Shown here one piece after another: positions 7,243-13,853 of a DNA stretch of 13,853 nt. Source of the stretch: Fonticula alba ATCC 38817 (Eukaryota; Protista; Nucleariida); NCBI GenBank assembly GCA_000388065.2, contig KB932203.1; one strand, 5' to 3'. The stretch's first letter is position 1. The number at the start of each line of letters is the position of its first letter. The translations under genes and the position numbers were made by a program. The notes below the pieces were generated by a model, which saw only the letters and a list, made by a program, of their open reading frames with translations, made no database searches and was not told the origin of the DNA.

Positions 7243-9967
7243 GCCCCTATGCGCGGACCGCGATCCTGACACGCTTGGCTCGCCCCTGCGCCCTCGGCCC
7301 CACGGTAGATCCGTCTCCCAGTGCCTGGAGCAGATGCCTCTGGCTGACCTGCAGCCTCACCTCCCGCATGTTGTGACGCTGCTGCCCACGGTGCGTGTGT
7401 GCTTCCCCGTGATACTTCGCCCCATGCGACGCCCGCGCTAAACCTCTCTCTCTCTCTCTCTCTGCTTGTACCCCCCTTTCCCCTGGCTCTGGACCATGGA
7501 CTCCGACCGCGCAGCTGCTCACCGACGCCACCCAGCCGGTCCGCAAGGCGGCGCAGCATGCCTTCGTCTGCCTCCATCGGCGGTCGTCCTCACATGCGCG
7601 AGAGTGCGTTCGAGCCCGACCTCCCCCTCCCCCTCCATGTCGCGATTGCCGGCCCGGCCTTTTGTCGCACGGCTCGCCCCACCGACTCGCCACTGACGCC
7701 CACGCCCGGCGCCATGGGCTCCCTGCTCCAGCCTTCTCGAGCGCCTGCCCGCACGCCAGCAGCGCCTCTTGCTGGAGCTGACCGACTCGAGCAGCACGGC
7801 GGCCGGTCCCGGCGGCCGTGCTGCCCACCTGGCCACCGAGGTCCCCGGCCGGGGCCCCTCCCGCGGGCCTGCCCCTGTCACAGCTGCCCCCGGGCAGAGC
7901 ATGCGCGATCGCATCGCCGAGGCCCGGCGCCAGGCGGCTGCCATGGCCCCCGGCGCCCCCACTCCCACTCGGTCCACTGATGCGGACGCCCGGTTCCCGA
8001 TTGTGTCCTTCCTGCTGCCGGATCCCCCGCCCAGCTTCCGCCTCGGTGCCGGCCTCACGGGGACGTTGGTTGCCCCGGCCCCGGCCCCGGCCCCGGCCCC
8101 GGCAGCGGCCTCGATCCCAGCCTCGGTCGCGGCTCCGGGTCCGGGCCTGACCCGGGCTCCGACCCCGCCCCTGACCCCGGGTCCGGCTCCGGGTCCGGCT
8201 CCGGGTCCGGCTTCGGCGCCGGCGCCGGCGCCGTCCTCCTTGTCGACCCCGGTGCTGGGGCTTCCCGGTTTCGGTGGCCGAGGCCAAGTCCCGGCGGCTG
8301 ACGTCCTGTCGGAGCGCCCGGCGGCCGTGGACACCGGGCCCCTGCGGCGACCGGCGGCCCCCCCGGGCGGGCGTGTCCCCCTGCTGGCAATGCCAAGCGG
8401 GGATATGCCGGCCGGTGGCGGCCACAATCCGCTCAGCTCGCTGGCGTTGCAGCCTCCGCCTGCCCTCCTTTTCATGGGTGGCCTCGGGGCGCCGGCTGAT
8501 GTGCGGCCCAGCTCAAGCCCCACCGATTGCTGGCCTGCCACCGGTGAGCTTGGTGCCGGTGTGACGACACTCGAGGCTCCTGGGCCGACTGCGGCCGGGC
8601 TCGAGCCGCCCGACCGGCCTGCCAAGCAGCTTGACTCGTCGGCCGGGCCTGCCACGGCCGACCAGCCCGCCGCCTCGGCTGGCGGCACTCCCCCCAGGCC
8701 CGTTGGGCTCGCGGCGCCTGCTGCGCTGGTCGGCCGGCGGGCTTCCTTTGCCGAGGAGGTGCCAGCTTCCTCGGCCCATGCTTCCATGGCGCCGGGTCAG
8801 CCAGCCGCCCCGAGGGAGGCCCTCCCCCCGGCCGATCACCACCAGCATGCCCCGGACGCCGGCCAGGGCCACATGGTGGACGAGCCGCCGGCCGTGCACG
8901 ACCACCTCGCCAGCTCGTCCGCCTGCCCGCCGGCCCGCCGGCCCGGCCCGGTGGACAGCCTGCCAGGGCTGACGCTCGAGGACTTGGCTGGTGCGGGCGA
9001 TCCGACCGAGGAGCCCGGCGCCGGTGGCTCCAAACCGACGGAGCTCGAGGCGCCGGGGCTCGAGTCCAGCACACGGCCCACCTGCCAGCCGGACACCGCC
9101 GACTCCCGGGCCCTTGCCCCCGAGCCGGCGGGCAGTCCCCCCCGGACAAGCCCCCCTCTGGAGGATGCCCCGGCGGAGGGGGGTACCCTGCCGCGGGACG
9201 GCTCGGCCGCCGGGGATCCCCCTCCCCCCGTGGCCCCGGGGCCGGCCCCCGCCGCCCAGCAGGGCAGTACCATGTCGCAGGTCGCGGCCCGGGCGGCTGC
9301 TGCTCCTCCCTCCTCCTCTCCCCCTCCTCCTCCTCCTCCTCCTCAGAATGAGCAGCCCCTCGTGGTGGGGGCCGTCGCCACCGCGGCTGCCATGCCGCCG
9401 GGCCGATCTGTGCGCCTTGCCACCGGCGCCCCGGCCACCCGGCCATCGGCCAACCCTGCGAGTCGGCCACTGAACGCTCGGCCGCTGGGCACCCCCCCGG
9501 GCCGGCCGCTCGGCACGCCCCGGATGCCTGCAGCCGGTCGGGCGCCCGGGACCCCTTCGCCGGGGCTGAAGCGGCCGCACCCCGGCCCCGCCGCCACCCC
9601 CTCACCGGGGTCGAAGCGGCCGTGTCCCAGTCCCCATGCCGCCACCCCCTCGCCGGGGCTGAAGCGGCCCTCCCCCAGCCCCATTACCACCCCCTCGCCC
9701 GGGGCAGAGCGGCTGCGCCCCCCGGGCCACGCCCCGGCCCTTGGGACCCCGTCGCCAAGCGCGCGCGCCGGGCCAGCCGCTGTGCCCCCCACCGGGGCCA
9801 CCCCCTCGCCGCCCGGGGGGCTGAGCCCGGCTCTGCTGGCTCGCCGAGCCGCGCGCCTGGCCAACGTCGGCCTCCTGACCCCGACCGTGGCCTCCTTGGG
9901 CAAGGCTCGGCCGCGCATCAGCCCCACGACCAAACCACCAGCCGACCGGCCGGGCTCGCGGCGGTGA
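6198..9967 (+). CDS. CLASP_N/TOG-domain (Stu1/CLASP-like) microtubule-associated protein, ~1011 aa. Model join(6198..6554,6739..6882,7014..7141,7309..7390,7515..7603,7732..9967)
   Basis: Five GT-AG introns (donors GTGCGT, GTACGT, GTATGT, GTGCGT, GTGCGT) all preserve frame; CDS 3036 nt. The spliced N-terminus follows the CLASP_N HEAT pattern as I recall it: FSQPETDLNWQQQHDNL...MKSERSRMLTAACRLF...IIRVLLHSCGRVNRVFVLRSSAALANTIRH...SRIPLQREYVARSV...LLTDATQPVRKAAQHAFVCLH...ARDLLERLPARQQRLL. The remaining ~730 aa are Pro/Ala/Gly/Ser-rich. Intron 1 has an alternative model (see findings). Confidence 0.78.
7182..7240. repeat. (CA)n microsatellite in intron 3 of the CLASP-like gene
   Basis: Read directly, one G interruption at 7191. 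Other intronic SSRs: (GT)n 6689-6709, (CT)n 6935-6953 and 7444-7463. Confidence 0.95.
9551..9811 (+). repeat. Coding degenerate tandem repeat (45-57 nt period) encoding six TPSP units, the first three TPSPG(L/S)KRP
   Basis: TPSP units start at 9551, 9596, 9644, 9689, 9746 and 9800 in the final-exon frame. Confidence 0.85.
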
Positions 9968-10065
9968 CCCCCTCCGGCGCCCACCACCGCCCCGGCCGCA
10001 TCAGGGAAAAATACAGTAGACTGACTCTTGGACCGACCGGTGCTGATCTTCGGGGGTGTGTGTGG

Positions 10066-10066
<1 letters not shown>

Positions 10067-10127
<61 letters not shown>

Positions 10128-10203
10128 CGGGGGGGGGGGGGGGGGGGGAGGGGGGGGGGGGGGGGGGGGGGGGGGGAAGGGGGAGAGAGAGAGAGAGAGA
10201 GAG
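10067..10203. repeat. Poly-G tract (~110 nt, two interruptions) followed by (GA)n
   Basis: G run 10067-10176 with C10128 and A10149; (GA)n 10183-10203. Confidence 0.85.
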
Positions 10204-10316
10204 CAGGCGGGCAGGCGGGGGGGGGGGGGCTCCGTGCCGCAGGAGGCCGGGCGGACCAAGCGGCCTGGAAACACCGGGCGGCAGATGCCGGCTGCTTGAG
10301 GGACAGGGGGGAGGGG

Positions 10317-11292
10317 NNNNNNNNNNNNNNNNNNNNNNNNNNNNNNNNNNNNNNNNNNNNNNNNNNNNNNNNNNNNNNNNNNNNNNNNNNNNNNNNNNNN
10401 NNNNNNNNNNNNNNNNNNNNNNNNNNNNNNNNNNNNNNNNNNNNNNNNNNNNNNNNNNNNNNNNNNNNNNNNNNNNNNNNNNNNNNNNNNNNNNNNNNNN
10501 NNNNNNNNNNNNNNNNNNNNNNNNNNNNNNNNNNNNNNNNNNNNNNNNNNNNNNNNNNNNNNNNNNNNNNNNNNNNNNNNNNNNNNNNNNNNNNNNNNNN
10601 NNNNNNNNNNNNNNNNNNNNNNNNNNNNNNNNNNNNNNNNNNNNNNNNNNNNNNNNNNNNNNNNNNNNNNNNNNNNNNNNNNNNNNNNNNNNNNNNNNNN
10701 NNNNNNNNNNNNNNNNNNNNNNNNNNNNNNNNNNNNNNNNNNNNNNNNNNNNNNNNNNNNNNNNNNNNNNNNNNNNNNNNNNNNNNNNNNNNNNNNNNNN
10801 NNNNNNNNNNNNNNNNNNNNNNNNNNNNNNNNNNNNNNNNNNNNNNNNNNNNNNNNNNNNNNNNNNNNNNNNNNNNNNNNNNNNNNNNNNNNNNNNNNNN
10901 NNNNNNNNNNNNNNNNNNNNNNNNNNNNNNNNNNNNNNNNNNNNNNNNNNNNNNNNNNNNNNNNNNNNNNNNNNNNNNNNNNNNNNNNNNNNNNNNNNNN
11001 NNNNNNNNNNNNNNNNNNNNNNNNNNNNNNNNNNNNNNNNNNNNNNNNNNNNNNNNNNNNNNNNNNNNNNNNNNNNNNNNNNNNNNNNNNNNNNNNNNNN
11101 NNNNNNNNNNNNNNNNNNNNNNNNNNNNNNNNNNNNNNNNNNNNNNNNNNNNNNNNNNNNNNNNNNNNNNNNNNNNNNNNNNNNNNNNNNNNNNNNNNNN
11201 NNNNNNNNNNNNNNNNNNNNNNNNNNNNNNNNNNNNNNNNNNNNNNNNNNNNNNNNNNNNNNNNNNNNNNNNNNNNNNNNNNNNNNNNNNNN
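10317..11292. other. Assembly gap (976 N)
   Basis: N characters. Confidence 0.95.
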
Positions 11293-11389
11293 GCCCCGAT
11301 CTAGCACATCCCCCCCCCCCCCCTTCTGGTCCCTTCACTTATTGCCGTCGCCCCCTGTTGCTGCCTTGTCTTGCCCTGCCCCCGCTTCG

Positions 11390-12606
11390 ATGTCTGACTG
11401 CGGCGGCCTGCTGTCGCGGTTTCTCGCCGCACCCCCCGGGCTGCGGGACCCGACGGCCGACACCCTGCCCCCTGCCCGGCTGCCGGCGTCGGTCCTGCTG
11501 GCCGGGCCCCCGGCGTCGTGCGTGCCTGCACACCTGCGTGCCCAGTCGCCTGGTCGCCCCGGCCCGCGCACTCACCCACTCGCCCATGCTGGCTGGCGCC
11601 TCAACCCCCCCCCCCCTCCTCCTCCTCCGCCAGCGGCCGGACAACCATGCTTCTCAACTTCACTATGCACTTTCTGGCCGAGCGCCCGGACGCCGTGGCC
11701 GTCTGGCTGGCCGACGCGCCGGGAGCCCTGCTTGGCCTGGCCGCCGCGTCAGTCCTGCATCCGACTGAGACACCCTCCCCCGCGGCGGCCGACCGCCTTC
11801 GGCGGCTGGACATCCGGTACGCCGCCGCCGCCGCCGCCCCCCCCCCCCCTTTTCCCATCGACCCTTCGCCCCGGCCGCCCGGCCGACCCCCTAACTCGCC
11901 GAAGATACTTCCCCCGGCCGCTGGACCTGATGCGATACCTGGCCCTGGCGGCCTATGGCCCCGGGGGAACGTGGCCAACCGGGCCCTTCCTGCTGGTGCT
12001 GGACGCCGGGCTCCGGCGCGACGAGTGCCCGACCTCCTCGCAATGCCTGTCACTGGCGCTGCAAGCTCTGGAGCCTCTGCAGGCCGGCGCCGGGGGCGGC
12101 CCGCTGGTCGGGCTGCTGGTATGCCTCGAGGCGGCTGCCCCGCACCCGGCCACCGGGTCGCGCGGAGGCATGTTCGAGGCGGCCTTCGACGCGTGCCTGG
12201 ATGTGGGCGTCCCCTCCGTCGAGTGCGTCCATCGCACATGCGCGCATCCGGACCGGCACCCGCACTGACCCTCCTCTCCTCGCCCGTGGATTTGCGCTTC
12301 CGCAGCACCGATGACAGCCAGCCCCCGAACGAGCCGCCGGGGGGATTCTCCCTGTCGCTGACACTTGGCGACGCCTTTGCCTGTCGGACCTTTGACATTG
12401 TACGTCACCGGGCGAGGGGGCCGGGCCCTTTTCCCTCTCCCCCCTTTCCCCGCCGCTCCCCCGCCCCCCCCTCTCGCGCGCCCCTCGCGCCCCTCCTGCG
12501 CTTTCCCCCTCGACCCTCTTTCTCACCATCGCCCACATGACCCCGCCCTCCCCTCCCTCCCCCATCGCAGGCCCCGGATCGCATCGTGCCCGGGCCCGAA
12601 CAGTAA
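11390..12606 (+). CDS. SWSAP1: SWSAP1-like RAD51/RecA-fold paralogue (Shu-complex subunit), ~252 aa. Model join(11390..11517,11634..11816,11905..12222,12306..12399,12571..12606)
   Basis: Four GT-AG introns (GTGCGT, GTACGC, GTGCGT, GTACGT) preserve frame; CDS 759 nt ending TAA 12604-12606. The product SVLLAGPPASGRTTMLLNF...AVWLADAP...DRLRRLDIRYFPRPLDLMRYL...GPFLLVLDAG parallels human SWSAP1 as I recall it (LLLLGTPGSGKTALLF...VLFLTRRP...MRLQKIRFQYPPSTRELFRLL...APSLLLLDGL), with similar length. Alignment by eye only. Confidence 0.75.
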
Positions 12607-12687
12607 CAACAACCATAGCCCAAAAGGGGCCACACCTGAACATGGCAAATGAGAGAAAACACAAGGAACAGATACATTGTACAACAG

Positions 12688-12692
<5 letters not shown>

Positions 12693-12730
<38 letters not shown>
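12693..12730. repeat. (AG)19 microsatellite between the convergent SWSAP1-like and flotillin 3' ends
   Basis: Read directly. Confidence 0.95.
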
Positions 12731-12734
<4 letters not shown>

Positions 12735-12970
12735 CGAGAGGGGGCGGGGACACGGGGGAAGTGAAGACCCCCAGCCGACAGAGAGGAGGGACACCCCGAG
12801 GAAAAGGAGGGCAACGGAAGGCAGGAGACACGACCATGCAGCCATGCGCCCCCCCTGCCCCCGGCCACACACATACACACCGAAACACCACGCCTGGCGA
12901 GGATGCGGCCCCTCGCCCCACTCGGCCACCGGGCCCCCTCGCGCGTACGCGCGCGCGCACATGCGCACGC

Positions 12971-13853
12971 TCAGTGGCGCGCTCCCCCGCGGGCGGAGGC
13001 ATTGGCGCCGCCGCTCACGGTGTTGGCAATGTCCACGCCGGTCAGGCCCTGGACCAGGGTCGGGAGCTGGCCCACAATGCGGACCACCTCGCCGGTCAGG
13101 CGGGCAGCACCGATGTCGGCGTCCGCCCCGCCGGAGCTGACCAGAGTAATGTCCTCCACCTTGCTCAGGGGCTTGGACACGGCCTCCACAATCTCCGGCA
13201 GGGTCTGCACAAGCTGCTCGATGTGCGCCCCGCGCGGGTAGCTGGCCCACGCCTTGGCCTTGAGAGCCAGCGCCTCGGCCTCGGCCTGACCCTTGATGCG
13301 GATGACCTCGGCCTCGGCCTCACCGGTGACCAGGAGCGAGTGGGCCGCCACCTCGGTCAGCAGGCGCGTGGAGTTGTAGTGCGCCTCGGCCATCTGCTCA
13401 TCGCGGAAGAGGTTGGCCTCGGCCACGCGGTGGACCTTGGCCTGGAGGATGTGGTGCTGGCGCTCGACCTCCGCCTCCTCCAGGAGAATCTGCTGCCGGC
13501 GCTCGATGGCATCGATCTCGATGTTGGCCTGCTCCACCTCCTGCATGGTACGCGCGGTCTGCAGCTCGCCGGCCTTGCTGGCCTTGGCCCGCTCGGCCGC
13601 CACCTCGGCATCGTACTTGGCCTTCTGCGTGCGGAACTTCATCTCCGCCTCGCGGATGGCGGTCTCCGCCTTGTCGGTGGCCTCCTTGGACTTGAGGACC
13701 GCCGTGTCCTGCCGGCACTTGGCGTAGCTGTTGGCCGCGGCCTCGCCGATGCGCGCGTCACGCTTGACCTCGGCCGTGCGCTTGACACCGAGCGAGTTCA
13801 GGTACTCCGAGTCATCGGAGACGTCCTTGATGGTGAAGGAAACGACCCGGAGG
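12971..13853 (-). CDS. FLOT1: Flotillin (SPFH/band-7 family; flotillin-1-like), 5'-partial
   Basis: The frame is open from 13852, upstream of the listed ORF start: LRVVSFTIKDVSDDSEYLNSLGVKRTAEVKRDARIGEA (end of the SPFH domain), an AE-rich coiled coil (GEAEAEVIRIKGQAEAEALALKAKAW) and C-terminal ITLVSSGG...GAARLTGEV...LP..V..LTGV. It closely parallels animal flotillin-1. Stop TGA at 12973-12971. Orthology to FLOT1 versus a pre-duplication flotillin is unresolved. Confidence 0.95.
   Translation of the reverse strand, partial: LRVVSFTIKDVSDDSEYLNSLGVKRTAEVKRDARIGEAAANSYAKCRQDTAVLKSKEATDKAETAIREAEMKFRTQKAKYDAEVAAERAKASKAGELQTARTMQEVEQANIEIDAIERRQQILLEEAEVERQHHILQAKVHRVAEANLFRDEQMAEAHYNSTRLLTEVAAHSLLVTGEAEAEVIRIKGQAEAEALALKAKAWASYPRGAHIEQLVQTLPEIVEAVSKPLSKVEDITLVSSGGADADIGAARLTGEVVRIVGQLPTLVQGLTGVDIANTVSGGANASARGGARH

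Noticed and set aside
9551-9811. CRISPR-like or non-coding repeat array
   Set aside because: The units are degenerate, spaced in multiples of three and translate to a conserved peptide; the context is eukaryotic and no cas genes are present.
9343-12268. ORFs running through the poly-G tract and N gap (9343..11307 -, 10001..11338 -, 10028..12268 +, 10056..11768 +)
   Set aside because: They are open only because homopolymers and Ns contain no stops; only segments of 10028..12268 coincide with SWSAP1-like exons.
12850-13018. Possible terminal intron in flotillin starting at GTGAGC (minus strand, 13018-13013)
   Set aside because: No clear CTRAC branch point or convincing terminal exon was found, and the unspliced frame stops at a length typical of flotillins.
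1-13853. Transposable element or integrated virus
   Set aside because: No transposase, reverse transcriptase, integrase, terminal repeats or target-site duplications were recognised.

Overview
GC-rich eukaryotic nuclear DNA with spliceosomal introns (donors mostly GTGCGT/GTACGT, CTRAC-type branch points, YAG acceptors) and two assembly gaps (2897-3129, 10317-11292). Most ORFs in the six-frame track are GC-bias shadows. Manual splicing gives four protein genes and one tRNA gene. (1) 43-5032 (+): a ~1533-aa low-complexity protein with no recognisable folded domain but six HxR/KxxS/T (NDR/LATS-kinase-type) motifs. (2) 5356-5429 (+): an elongator tRNA-Met(CAT) with intact A box, B box and terminator, whose acceptor stem is mismatched at pairs 1:72 and 3:70, the pattern known from mitochondrial 5' tRNA editing. 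(3) 6198-9967 (+): a six-exon CLASP_N/TOG (Stu1/CLASP-like) protein with a long disordered tail ending in TPSPGxKRP repeats. (4) 11390-12606 (+): a five-exon SWSAP1-like RAD51 paralogue whose Walker A reads GPPASGRT. (5) 12971 to beyond the window end (-): an animal-type flotillin. Gene content and style suggest a unicellular opisthokont (Fonticula-like is a guess from memory, not verified). No transposon, CRISPR array or rRNA is evident. All homology calls are by eye and need HMM/BLAST confirmation.
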